This document shows positions 20,165-28,062 of a stretch of 54,979 nucleotides of DNA, piece by piece (the stretch's first letter is position 1; each line of letters begins with the position of its first letter). Source of the DNA: an uncultured Bacillota bacterium (GTDB taxonomy: Bacteria > Bacillota > Clostridia > Christensenellales > Borkfalkiaceae); the NCBI GenBank assembly GCA_949290895.1, contig CASETU010000016.1, positions 1 through 54,979 on the forward strand. The letters are read 5' to 3'. A model generated the notes under the pieces. That model was not told the origin of the DNA. It worked only from the letters and a program-made list of their open reading frames with translations, and ran no database searches. The position numbers and the translations under genes are program-made.

Positions 20165-21238
20165 TTAAAATTTATTGCCGCATTCGGGGCAGAACTTCGC
20201 CGAAGCCTTGACTTCCGCTCCGCATTCGGGACAGAATTTTTTGGCGGCGAGTTTCTCCCCGCATTCGGGACAGAATTTCGCCTTGGCGCTTATCTGCGCG
20301 CCGCACTTGGGACACACCGCGCCGCCCGCCGCAGCTCCCGCAGCCGCGCCCGCCGCGACATTCGCGTTGTTTGCGGGTTGCTGTGCGCCGCGGAAGGCTT
20401 CGGAGAATATCGAACCGAGCCCCGCGCCCGCGCCGATGCCCATACCCGCACCGACGAACGCACCGCCCATGCCCTGGTTTTTCGCCGCGTCCTTCATCGC
20501 TTCCGCCGCGGAGATCTTCAGCATGACGTCCGTCTTGTCGCCCAAAATGCCGAGCTTGCTCCTCTCGTCGATAGCCTTTTCCACTTCTTCGGGAACGGAC
20601 ATGTTTTCGATAAAGAGATTCGTCAGCATCAAGCCGATGGACTTGAATTTATCCTGAATACTGTGTTTTACGATTTCGTTGAATTCCAGCGTATTGCCCG
20701 CCAGATCGAGGGCGGAAATTTTACTTTCCCCTATAGCGTCGGTCAGTGCGGAAAGCAACATGGTCTTCAGCCAGTCGGTGATGTCGCTTGTTTTGAAAGA
20801 GGAACTCGTACCGAAAAGCTCCCGAAGGAACACGCCTGAATCGTGCACCTTGAATGCGAACGAGCCGTAACCCTTGACGCGTATCATGCCGAATTCGGGA
20901 TCGCGCATCATGATCGGGTTCGCCGTGCCCCACTTGATGCCCGTGAACTGCTTTACATTAACATAGTAGATATCCAGCGTGATGGGCGTCTGAAAAGCAT
21001 ACTTCCAGCCAGCAAGCTTGGAAAGGATCGGGAAAATTTCCGTGTTAAGGTCGTACGTACCCGCAGGGAAAATGTCGCATATCTGTCCCTTATGCACGAA
21101 GATCGCTTCCTGCGATTCGCGCACCACGAGTTTACTTTTCTGGTTGACTTCGCGCCCCGCGTTTTTCAGCGGATATTTGTAGACGATTTGGTCTTTCGAA
21201 TCGTCGCTCCACTCAATGATTTTTAAGAAAAGAGCCAT
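20165..21238 (-). CDS. SPFH/band-7-like protein with C-terminal Gly/Ala linker and tandem zinc ribbons (YdjI / COG4260-like)
   Basis: 357 aa, MALFLKIIEWSDDSKDQIVYKYPL...LVVRESQEAIFVHKGQ... Gly/Ala-rich linker, then CPKCG..FCPECG..FCPECG..FCPECG. GGAGG RBS. Confidence 0.8.
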   Translation of the reverse strand: MALFLKIIEWSDDSKDQIVYKYPLKNAGREVNQKSKLVVRESQEAIFVHKGQICDIFPAGTYDLNTEIFPILSKLAGWKYAFQTPITLDIYYVNVKQFTGIKWGTANPIMMRDPEFGMIRVKGYGSFAFKVHDSGVFLRELFGTSSSFKTSDITDWLKTMLLSALTDAIGESKISALDLAGNTLEFNEIVKHSIQDKFKSIGLMLTNLFIENMSVPEEVEKAIDERSKLGILGDKTDVMLKISAAEAMKDAAKNQGMGGAFVGAGMGIGAGAGLGSIFSEAFRGAQQPANNANVAAGAAAGAAAGGAVCPKCGAQISAKAKFCPECGEKLAAKKFCPECGAEVKASAKFCPECGNKF

Positions 21239-21266
21239 AAATGCCGCCTCCCCCTTTTTTTAGACA

Positions 21267-21295
21267 ATTATATCATATATTATGCGGATTGACAA
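21267..21295 (-). promoter_or_regulatory. sigma-A promoter for the SPFH-DUF1858 operon
   Basis: Minus strand TTGTCA (21290-21295), 17-nt spacer, TATAAT (21267-21272). Confidence 0.7.
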
Positions 21296-21316
21296 ATATT
21301 TTTTTGCTTTTTTTAA

Positions 21317-21345
21317 TTTACATTTCTTTTGCGATGTGCTATAAT
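21317..21345 (+). promoter_or_regulatory. sigma-A promoter (extended -10) upstream of tRNA-Gly
   Basis: TTTACA (21317-21322), 17-nt spacer ending in TGc, TATAAT (21340-21345). Back-to-back with the SPFH promoter. Confidence 0.65.
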
Positions 21346-21360
21346 GTGAAAAGTAAAATC

Positions 21361-21407
21361 GAAAAACGAAGTTTTTGCGGCGCGCCGCAAAGTTTTTTCG
21401 TTTTTTT
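21361..21407 (+). promoter_or_regulatory. terminator-like hairpin plus T-tract between the promoter and tRNA-Gly
   Basis: TTTGCGGCG|CGCCGCAAA palindrome (21374-21391) with outer GAAAAACGAA/TTCGTTTTTT pairing, followed by GTTTTTTCGTTTTTTT. Confidence 0.5.
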
Positions 21408-21418
21408 AAATACCTCGC

Positions 21419-21492
21419 GCAGGTGTAGTTTAGTGGCAAAACAACAGCTTCCCAAGCTGTGGTTGTGAGTTCGATTCTCATCACCTGCTCCA
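21419..21492 (+). tRNA. tRNA-Gly (anticodon CCC)
   Basis: Manual cloverleaf: acceptor GCAGGTG/CACCTGC, D stem GTTT/AAAC, anticodon stem ACAGC/GCTGT with loop TTCCCAA, T arm GTGAG-TTCGATT-CTCAT, discriminator T, encoded CCA. 74 nt. Confidence 0.92.
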
Positions 21493-21499
21493 AAAAGAA

Positions 21500-21528
21500 A
21501 AACACACGAAAAACGTGTGTTTTTTTAT
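21500..21528 (+). terminator. rho-independent terminator after tRNA-Gly
   Basis: Stem ACACACG/CGTGTGT (21502-21520) followed by TTTTTTT. Confidence 0.8.
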
Positions 21529-21642
21529 TTTTGCGTAGGAAGGCGACGGAATCGAACTCGTTCGGGGCGCTTGCGCTCCCATAGAAAGAGAGCAAGGGTT
21601 TTTCAAAATCCTTGCTCTCTTTGCTACTCTATAAATCGAATT

Positions 21643-22068
21643 TTAATTGACCTTTCTCGCTTGGAGTATCATTTGGCAAATATCAATATTTTCAACTTTA
21701 TTGTTTTGAAAATACTGCGCTGATTTGTTTACGCTTATTCTTACATCGGCAGCTTTTAACAAATTCGTAATTCCATACTTATCACGCTCGAAAGTCTTCA
21801 TCAATATTTGTTCTTTGGGTGTATCTAAGTATTCTTTCAACAGGTCGGATATATCGGATATTTCGGTAATGTAAGGATAATCTTCTTTTTCCGTTGCAAT
21901 TCTCGGATAATCGAATATAATTTTTTTATTTAATCTTATCCAGTATCTGGGCAAATCGGTGCTCCCTCTCTGACTATTCATTCGATAGACCGAACAATGA
22001 ATTTGCAAATCAATTTTATCGTCAAATATTAAATATAACTGTCTTTGTAATTTGCTCCACCTTTTCAT
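21643..22068 (-). CDS. hypothetical protein in AT-rich islet (possibly the family annotated SF0329-like; recalled from memory only)
   Basis: 141 aa, MKRWSKLQRQLYLIFDDKIDLQIHCSVYRMNSQ...RYWIRLNKKIIFDYP... GC is visibly much lower than in flanking genes. GGGGAA 6 nt upstream of the ATG. Confidence 0.65.
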   Translation of the reverse strand: MKRWSKLQRQLYLIFDDKIDLQIHCSVYRMNSQRGSTDLPRYWIRLNKKIIFDYPRIATEKEDYPYITEISDISDLLKEYLDTPKEQILMKTFERDKYGITNLLKAADVRISVNKSAQYFQNNKVENIDICQMILQARKVN

Positions 22069-22338
22069 GAATTTTCCCCGCTAAATCACTTTTGTCTTAT
22101 TTTAATTATATTATAACCGCCCTCAAAAGTAAACCGAAACGCACACTTTACTTGCAAATCATTGCGCGCCGTAATTATTGTTACGGAAAAATTTTGATGC
22201 ATCTTGCGGCAAACGCCGCGTGCTTTTTCTTCCAAACGCAGTCCGACAGCCGTGCAAGCCGCCCCTTTTTACACCCGACCGCATCATATCAATTTCGCAG
22301 CTTTTTAATTTCGATTGCAATAAATTTAAAATCTTTGA

Positions 22339-22372
22339 CAAAAAACAGGCGGTCGCTTGAAAAGCGACCGCC
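22339..22372 (-). terminator. rho-independent terminator after rpsR
   Basis: Stem GGCGGTCGCTT/AAGCGACCGCC (22348-22372), followed on the minus strand by TGTTTTTT. Confidence 0.85.
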
Positions 22373-22430
22373 GCAAAAAAATAAGCGACTGATGAAATTC
22401 AGCCGCTTAAAACAATTCTCGCCTTGCCGA

Positions 22431-22682
22431 TTATTCGCCTTTGAAAGGCAGAAGATCGGTAATTCTCGCACGTTTGATTGCCGTGGCAAGCACTCTCTGG
22501 TGCTTTGCGCATACGCCCGTCATTCTTCTCGGCAGAATTTTGCCGTTTTCGGAAACGTACTTTTTCAGCGTAGCCACGTCTTTATAATCAACTTTGTCGA
22601 TTTTTCCCTGACAAAAAGCGCAAACCTTTTTTCTGGGAACTCTCTTTATTACCTTTTTAACCGTCGTTTTATTCTCTTCCAT
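22431..22682 (-). CDS. rpsR: 30S ribosomal protein S18
   Basis: 83 aa, ...[39 protein letters not shown]... Confidence 0.97.
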   Translation of the reverse strand: MEENKTTVKKVIKRVPRKKVCAFCQGKIDKVDYKDVATLKKYVSENGKILPRRMTGVCAKHQRVLATAIKRARITDLLPFKGE

Positions 22683-22705
22683 AATCCTTAAAACTCCTTA
22701 ATGTT

Positions 22706-23122
22706 TCAGAACGGCAGATCGTCGTCGTTATCCAGCGCTTCGAGCTGCGGACGCTGCTTTTTCACCGCCACGACTTCTTCCGCAAACGGTTCGCCCGCGG
22801 AAGCATTCTTCGGCGTTAAAAATTCCACGTCGCTGGCGATAACTTCGGTGACCGTCCTCTTGATGCCGTCCTTATCTTCGTAAGAACGGTTCTGCAAGTT
22901 GCCCACTACCGCAACTTTGTTCCCCTTTTTAAGGTATCTGCCGCAGGTTTCCGCTCTGCCGCGCCATACAGTCACGTTGAAAAAGTCCGTTTCGCGCGTG
23001 CCGTCGCTGTTGGGAAAGTCCCTCGTTACCGCGACGGAAAAATGGCATACCGCAACGCCGCTCGGCGTTTCGGAAAGCTCCGGATCCCTCGTCAGATTTC
23101 CTATCAAGATCACTTTGTTCAT
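22706..23122 (-). CDS. ssb: single-stranded DNA-binding protein
   Basis: MNKVILIGNLTRDPELSETPSGVAVCHFSVAV... with acidic tail DNDDDLPF, 138 aa. Confidence 0.96.
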   Translation of the reverse strand: MNKVILIGNLTRDPELSETPSGVAVCHFSVAVTRDFPNSDGTRETDFFNVTVWRGRAETCGRYLKKGNKVAVVGNLQNRSYEDKDGIKRTVTEVIASDVEFLTPKNASAGEPFAEEVVAVKKQRPQLEALDNDDDLPF

Positions 23123-23135
23123 ATTTTGCTCCCGC

Positions 23136-23417
23136 TTACGCCTTCGTAATCAGTCTTCTCATGATTCCATCGGTTATGCCGACAACTCTCTTCATTTCGA
23201 CGACAAAGTCTTTTCCGCTTTCAAAGGTCATCACCACGTAGTAGCCTTCGGTCTTGTAGTTAATGGGGTACTGCAGTTTCTTCATGCCCCATCTGTCCGT
23301 CTTTTCGACGGTGCCGCCGTTGGCGGTAACCAGATCCTCAAACTTTTTGATAATGACTTCTCTCGCTTCTTCGTCCAGCTCAGGCGCCAAAATGTAAAGC
23401 ATATCGTATTTCGTCAT
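23136..23417 (-). CDS. rpsF: 30S ribosomal protein S6
   Basis: MTKYDMLYILAPELDEEAREVIIKKFEDLV..., 93 aa. Confidence 0.96.
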   Translation of the reverse strand: MTKYDMLYILAPELDEEAREVIIKKFEDLVTANGGTVEKTDRWGMKKLQYPINYKTEGYYVVMTFESGKDFVVEMKRVVGITDGIMRRLITKA

Positions 23418-23467
23418 ATCTTTTACCTCCCGGTCTTATTCGGATTGCGTCCTGCCGCAATCAAGGT
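23418..23467 (-). promoter_or_regulatory. rpsF 5' leader with hairpin (candidate S6:S18-type autoregulatory leader)
   Basis: Minus strand GATTGCG-gcagga-CGCAATC (23443-23462) just upstream of the GGGAGG SD. An S6:S18-binding rpsF leader is known in Firmicutes, but I cannot verify that the consensus matches. Confidence 0.35.
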
Positions 23468-23473
23468 TCATTT

Positions 23474-23502
23474 ATTTTATCAAAAAATTTTTTGCTTGTC
23501 AA
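23474..23502 (-). promoter_or_regulatory. sigma-A promoter of rpsF-ssb-rpsR
   Basis: Minus strand TTGACA (23497-23502), 17-nt spacer, TAAAAT (23474-23479). Confidence 0.75.
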
Positions 23503-23508
23503 CTTTTT

Positions 23509-25482
23509 TTACATACCGGGAAAACTTTCCACCATTTCCACGAGCTCTCTGAGGGTATAATTTTTGATGCTCTCGTTCGGCACTGCGGAAAGGAAGCCGA
23601 TTTCGTAAAGTTCCTGCAAAGTGGAAGTTTCCATGTTGTTTCTAATGCCCGTCTGAATGGTATCCGCCAAATCCACGATTTTTATATCGCCCGTTTCCTT
23701 ATAGGAAAACGCGCCCGCCGTACCGCTCTTTTCGTACATCAGCAAAAGCCATATTCCCGTGTTTTTGTCGAGCTTGAAGTATTCTCCTTCGCCGTATTCG
23801 CCCGTCGGCTTTTCGCATTCGGTATAGGTGTAGCCCGTCGCCGCGTCGCCCGAACGGGTGAAGCAACGGAAATTTTTGTAACGCAACACATCTTCGCTCG
23901 TCATCGTTTCTTCGCTAATCACACTCGCGTCGATAAATCCCTTAATTTCGTATATATCGCCCACCGTGAGTTCGTTCATCGTGGCGGAAATATTGCCGAC
24001 GGTCGCATTCTTTTCGAACAACGCTTTCAAAATCGGATTACTTTCGCCCTCGCCCACGTTGATGACGTCTTGGAGCTTCAAATCGTTGACCGAAGTGCTG
24101 AGCTCTTCGATTTTCGTGTTCTGCAAAGCGCGCAGGATTGCGGGCGACGTTTCGTTGATTTCGATGACGTCTCCGAGATTGAGCGCCTGCACCTTAGCGT
24201 CGATATCCATGCTCTTAAACTCAGCGACGGTGGTATCGGGAGAAATGATCTTGCTCGTCAAAGACCCTTCCTCGACGGTAAGACCCAAGTCGGTAACGGT
24301 AAGGCCGTTGATTTTTTCTTCGAAATTCATACTCTTAAGTTCCGCGACGGTAGAAGTCGGGGACACGATCTTGCTCATCAGACCGCCCTCTTCCACGTTG
24401 ACGCCGAGGTCGGAAAGGGTCAGCGCGTTTATTTTCGATTCGATATACGCGGAATCGCGTATCTGCGCCACCGTCGTGTCGGGCGTGAGTATTTTGCCCG
24501 CCAGCGAGCCCTCATCGATTTGAACTTTCAGCTGTTCCAGCGTGAGCGCGTCGATTTTTTCCTCGAAATTCATCGTCTTGAGCTCGCCCACGGTGCAGTT
24601 TTCCCCGACGATGTTTTCCAGCGTCGTGCCCGTAAGGTCGATGCCGAGATCGCCCTCGAGGGTCAGCGCGTCGACGCGCGCGGAGAAATTATCCGCAATG
24701 GAGCTCAGCGTATCATCGCCGTGCACGATTTTCGCCACGAGTTCGTTGTCGCCGATGAGGTCCACGCCGAAATCGGCGTTCAGCTCGTCGATGGTCATGT
24801 TGTTGACGCCGCCCAAAGTTTCGGAAAGGGAACTGACCGCGTCGGTCACGGGGATTTCCATAATGCCCGCGCTCTTGAAATAAAGCGCCTTTTCCTTTGC
24901 GGAATCGACCAAAACGCCGCCCGCATAGGCGTTGACGTACGCGTCCTCTTCGATATAATATATGGATTCCGTCTTGTCTTTATAGTAAGCGTTTGCCACG
25001 GAAAAATCCTCTCCCGTGATCTTTACGAAGGTTTCCTTTGTCGTAAAAAGCGGCAAATCGGGCAGGGTAAATCCGAAGGATTCGGAAATCGAACCGAGCG
25101 ACGCGGTAACGCTGATCGCCGAACCGATGTTGGAACCGAGCTGCGAAAAAGTGTACGTCTTGATCTTATCCAAATCCAGCGTCACGAACTTTTTCACCGT
25201 CTCGTCCTGCGCCAACCCTTCGAGCACGTCGTTTAAAAACGGCAGATATTCGGTATATTGCCCTATCGTGGTATCGGACGCGGAAAGCTTTTGCACAGCC
25301 TCGATGAGCGTATAATCGTTGAGACTGTCGCCCACATATTCGCCTATTGCGGGCACCGCGCCCTTGATGGTGCCGACCTTGGTTTTCGTGACGATGAAAT
25401 ATTCCGCCGCGAGGATTGCCGCCGCACCGATGAGCATTCCCAAAAGAATCACTAAAGTGTATTTGAAGATTTTTCCCAGCAT
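23509..25482 (-). CDS. N-terminally membrane-anchored protein with seven 40-aa tandem repeats (unknown function)
   Basis: 657 aa. TM helix YTLVILLGMLIGAAAILAAEYFI. Repeats such as INALTLSDLGVNVEEGGLMSKIVSPTSTVAELKSMNFEEK. Has its own promoter. Confidence 0.85.
   Translation of the reverse strand: MLGKIFKYTLVILLGMLIGAAAILAAEYFIVTKTKVGTIKGAVPAIGEYVGDSLNDYTLIEAVQKLSASDTTIGQYTEYLPFLNDVLEGLAQDETVKKFVTLDLDKIKTYTFSQLGSNIGSAISVTASLGSISESFGFTLPDLPLFTTKETFVKITGEDFSVANAYYKDKTESIYYIEEDAYVNAYAGGVLVDSAKEKALYFKSAGIMEIPVTDAVSSLSETLGGVNNMTIDELNADFGVDLIGDNELVAKIVHGDDTLSSIADNFSARVDALTLEGDLGIDLTGTTLENIVGENCTVGELKTMNFEEKIDALTLEQLKVQIDEGSLAGKILTPDTTVAQIRDSAYIESKINALTLSDLGVNVEEGGLMSKIVSPTSTVAELKSMNFEEKINGLTVTDLGLTVEEGSLTSKIISPDTTVAEFKSMDIDAKVQALNLGDVIEINETSPAILRALQNTKIEELSTSVNDLKLQDVINVGEGESNPILKALFEKNATVGNISATMNELTVGDIYEIKGFIDASVISEETMTSEDVLRYKNFRCFTRSGDAATGYTYTECEKPTGEYGEGEYFKLDKNTGIWLLLMYEKSGTAGAFSYKETGDIKIVDLADTIQTGIRNNMETSTLQELYEIGFLSAVPNESIKNYTLRELVEMVESFPGM
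23956..24795 (-). repeat. 7 x 120-nt (40-aa) in-frame tandem repeats within CDS 23509..25482
   Basis: Repeat units start at residues ~230, 270, 310, 350, 390, 430 and 470. Consensus: LTLxDLG-x-V-EGSL-SKI-sP-tTVAELKsmnfeeKI. The central three units are most similar. Confidence 0.85.
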
Positions 25483-25521
25483 TTACCTTTCGCCTTTTTA
25501 TTTTCGAATTTTATTTGTTAT

Positions 25522-25550
25522 ATTATACTACGTATATCCGTTTTTTGCAA
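25522..25550 (-). promoter_or_regulatory. sigma-A promoter of the repeat-protein gene
   Basis: Minus strand TTGCAA (25545-25550), 17-nt spacer, TATAAT (25522-25527). Overlaps a CCGTTTTT/AAAAACGG hairpin after rmuC. Confidence 0.7.
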
Positions 25551-25575
25551 CAAAAACGGAAAGCGTTTTGCCGAA

Positions 25576-26697
25576 TCATTCTTCCGATGCGAAGTCCTCT
25601 TCCGCAGGCAGTTCGCCGTCGATGCCATCCACGTCCTTGAGCTTTCTTTCGATGGTGCGCGTCCTGCGGGAGGCGAGATCGATGGAATCCTGCGCTTCCT
25701 GTAATTTTTTACCCGTCTTTTCCAAAAGCAGGGAAAACTTTAAAAACTCGCTCTTGAACGCCGCCAAAAGCCGCCACAGCTCGCGGCTGCGCTTTTCTAT
25801 TGCGACGGTCTTGAACCCGACCTGCAGGCTGTTGAGCAGAGCATAAAGGTTTGTCGGTCCGCATACCATAATGCGCTTTGTATGTAAATATGCCGCGAGA
25901 TCGGTGTTTTTGACGACTTCCGCAAAAATCCCCTCGACGGGAAGATACATCACGGCGAAATCCGTCGTGACGGGCGGGCAGATATATTTTGCGGCGATGC
26001 TGTCCGCCTGCCGTTTGACGGCAGCGAATAGCCCTTTTTCCGCGACGCGCGCCGCTTCCTCGCTCTGCGCGCCCGCAAGCCGCGCGTATTCTTCCACGGG
26101 AAATTTGGAATCGATGGGCAGATAGGTCTTGTTGCCGTTTTTATCGGGCAGAACGACGGCGAAGTCCACAAAGGAATCGACGGCGGCGTTCAGACGGCAG
26201 TTGCGCACGAACTGTTCGGGCGCGAGGATATCCGAAAGCAGGTTTTCCAGCTGAATTTCTCCCCACGTACCCCTGATTTTCACGTTAGAAAACATCTTTT
26301 TGATGTCCCCCACACTGTCGGCGAGTTTGTTGACTTCCCCGATGCCGAGGGCGACTTTATTCAGATTGTCCGCGATGATACGATACGAACCTTCCAGCCG
26401 CTGTTCCAGCGTGGAAGAAAGCTTTTCGTCCACGGTATAACGCATTTCCCTGAGCGAACGCTCGTTCTTTTCCGCAAGGTCGCGCACCGCGGCGGAAAGG
26501 TGTGCGGTCATATCGTCGATACGGCGGTTCTGTGCGGTAAAAGCGCGGTCGATGCTGTTGATGAGCGCGGCGTTGCGCACGTCGCTGAGCTTATCGTTGT
26601 CGCCGCCCTGCGCCTTAGGCTTTCTTAATAAAAGCGCGACCAACAAGAAAAGATCGACGACGCTGACGATTGCCGTTATCACTATAATGATGTCCAT
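25576..26697 (-). CDS. rmuC: DNA recombination protein RmuC
   Basis: 373 aa. N-terminal TM, coiled-coil region, ...RGTWGEIQLENLLSDILAPEQF... Confidence 0.9.
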   Translation of the reverse strand: MDIIIVITAIVSVVDLFLLVALLLRKPKAQGGDNDKLSDVRNAALINSIDRAFTAQNRRIDDMTAHLSAAVRDLAEKNERSLREMRYTVDEKLSSTLEQRLEGSYRIIADNLNKVALGIGEVNKLADSVGDIKKMFSNVKIRGTWGEIQLENLLSDILAPEQFVRNCRLNAAVDSFVDFAVVLPDKNGNKTYLPIDSKFPVEEYARLAGAQSEEAARVAEKGLFAAVKRQADSIAAKYICPPVTTDFAVMYLPVEGIFAEVVKNTDLAAYLHTKRIMVCGPTNLYALLNSLQVGFKTVAIEKRSRELWRLLAAFKSEFLKFSLLLEKTGKKLQEAQDSIDLASRRTRTIERKLKDVDGIDGELPAEEDFASEE

Positions 26698-26709
26698 GTT
26701 ATTCCTCCG

Positions 26710-28056
26710 TTATAGCCCTATTTTCGCGGCGGCAAGCAATTTTTCGGGATCGTTGAGCCGCCCGTCGAGCACGGCGCGGCGGAAGAGTTCGCCGAGTTTA
26801 TCCCCCAGCGCCTTGCCGCGATAGCCCAGCGCCGCAAGTTCCTTGCCGCTTATTTTAAGTTCCTTTAATGTGAGCGGCGCGCCCTCTTCGCGCATTTTTG
26901 CGAGGATATCCCGCCATTTGCGCACGCCCGGCGCAACGGACAGATCGTCCTTGCACGCGGAATAGTCCGCCTGCTTGAGCAAAAGCAGTTTTTCGATATA
27001 ACGATGATTTTCCGCAAGGAAAAGGCGCACTTTCCCCTCGCGCATCTTTAAATCGAGGTCGGTCATGTGCAGTTTCGTGAGCGCGCAAACCTCCTCAATG
27101 AGCGCGTTTGGCGCTTTCAGGCGCGAAAGCACTTCCCGCGCGATCTTCTCCCCATCGTCGGCGTGCGTTTTGTATGCGCCGAAACGATTCATCGCGTAGG
27201 GTTTGCCGACGTCGTGCAAAAGCGCGGCAAAGCGAACGGACGGCGCGGAATAAAGCACCGTTCTGAAAGAATGCTCCAGCACGTCGTGATCGTGAAAATC
27301 GCTGCGCTGTTTCATCTTATCGCCCGCCGTAAGTTCGGGTATTATCCGCTGCAAAACGCCGATCTCGTGACTAACTTTAAGCGATACGTACTGCCCCTTT
27401 TTATCGGAAAAGGCATATTTCCCATCGGATACGAGCATGGCGGAAAGCTCCGCGAATATCCGTTCCGCCGCGATGTCGTCGATATTGCGCGCAAAGGTTT
27501 TCGCCCCCGCTTTCACAGCGTCGGTCGGCGTAAATCCAAGCTCTCCCGCAAAACGGCAAAGCCTTAAAAGCCGCAAACCGTCGGAAGAAAAGACCTTTTG
27601 CGGCGAATCGACGGTGACGAGCGTTTTTTCCCGAATATCTTTCATGCCGCCCAGCGGGTCGGCAAATTCCCCGTGCTTTAAATCGTAATACACGGCGTTA
27701 CACTTGAAATCGCGCCGCAAAGCGTCGGCGGCGATGTCGTCGGTGAAAAACGTGCGCACGGGCGTATGCCCGCCGCCCGCTTCGTATTCCTCGCCGCGGA
27801 AGGTGGTGTGTTCGTAATGCCGCCCCTCTGCGTCCTTGAACATGACCGTGCCCGTGCGCGGATAGACGGCGGCGACGGTAAAGTCCCTGCCCAACGCGCG
27901 GGAAAGCTCTTCCGCCGTGTTTGCGGAAGCGAGGTCAATATCCCCCGACAGTTTTCCGTCGATGAGGAAGTTGCGCACGATGCCGCCGACGAGATATAAA
28001 TTTTTATCGAGCCGCGCCGCCAACGCTTTGAGCGGTGCATTAATTTTGTCAATCAT
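26710..28056 (-). CDS. cca: CCA-adding tRNA nucleotidyltransferase (PolyA-pol head plus HD domain)
   Basis: 448 aa, ...LYLVGGIVRNFLIDGKLSGDIDLAS...AALLHDVGKP... Confidence 0.9.
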   Translation of the reverse strand: MIDKINAPLKALAARLDKNLYLVGGIVRNFLIDGKLSGDIDLASANTAEELSRALGRDFTVAAVYPRTGTVMFKDAEGRHYEHTTFRGEEYEAGGGHTPVRTFFTDDIAADALRRDFKCNAVYYDLKHGEFADPLGGMKDIREKTLVTVDSPQKVFSSDGLRLLRLCRFAGELGFTPTDAVKAGAKTFARNIDDIAAERIFAELSAMLVSDGKYAFSDKKGQYVSLKVSHEIGVLQRIIPELTAGDKMKQRSDFHDHDVLEHSFRTVLYSAPSVRFAALLHDVGKPYAMNRFGAYKTHADDGEKIAREVLSRLKAPNALIEEVCALTKLHMTDLDLKMREGKVRLFLAENHRYIEKLLLLKQADYSACKDDLSVAPGVRKWRDILAKMREEGAPLTLKELKISGKELAALGYRGKALGDKLGELFRRAVLDGRLNDPEKLLAAAKIGL

Positions 28057-28062
28057 AAAATT

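Noticed and set aside
21241-21468. 75-aa plus-strand ORF and 111-aa minus-strand ORF (21260..21595) overlapping the tRNA region
   Set aside because: They overlap the promoters, the leader hairpin and the tRNA-Gly gene itself; the minus-strand ORF translates the tRNA antisense. They have no RBS.
21548-21559. tRNA T-loop-like string GAGTTCGATTCC on the minus strand next to the AT-rich islet (possible tRNA 3' fragment or att remnant)
   Set aside because: The flanking bases cannot form a T-stem (ACGAG against CCGTC) or an acceptor stem, and the sequence does not repeat the 3' end of the adjacent tRNA-Gly. It is kept only as weak context in the islet finding.
23956-24795. Regular 120-nt periodicity considered as a possible CRISPR or satellite array
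   Set aside because: The units are contiguous with no spacers, lie in-frame inside a long ORF with a consistent protein-level consensus, and are diverged at the DNA level. They are a coding tandem repeat, not a CRISPR array.
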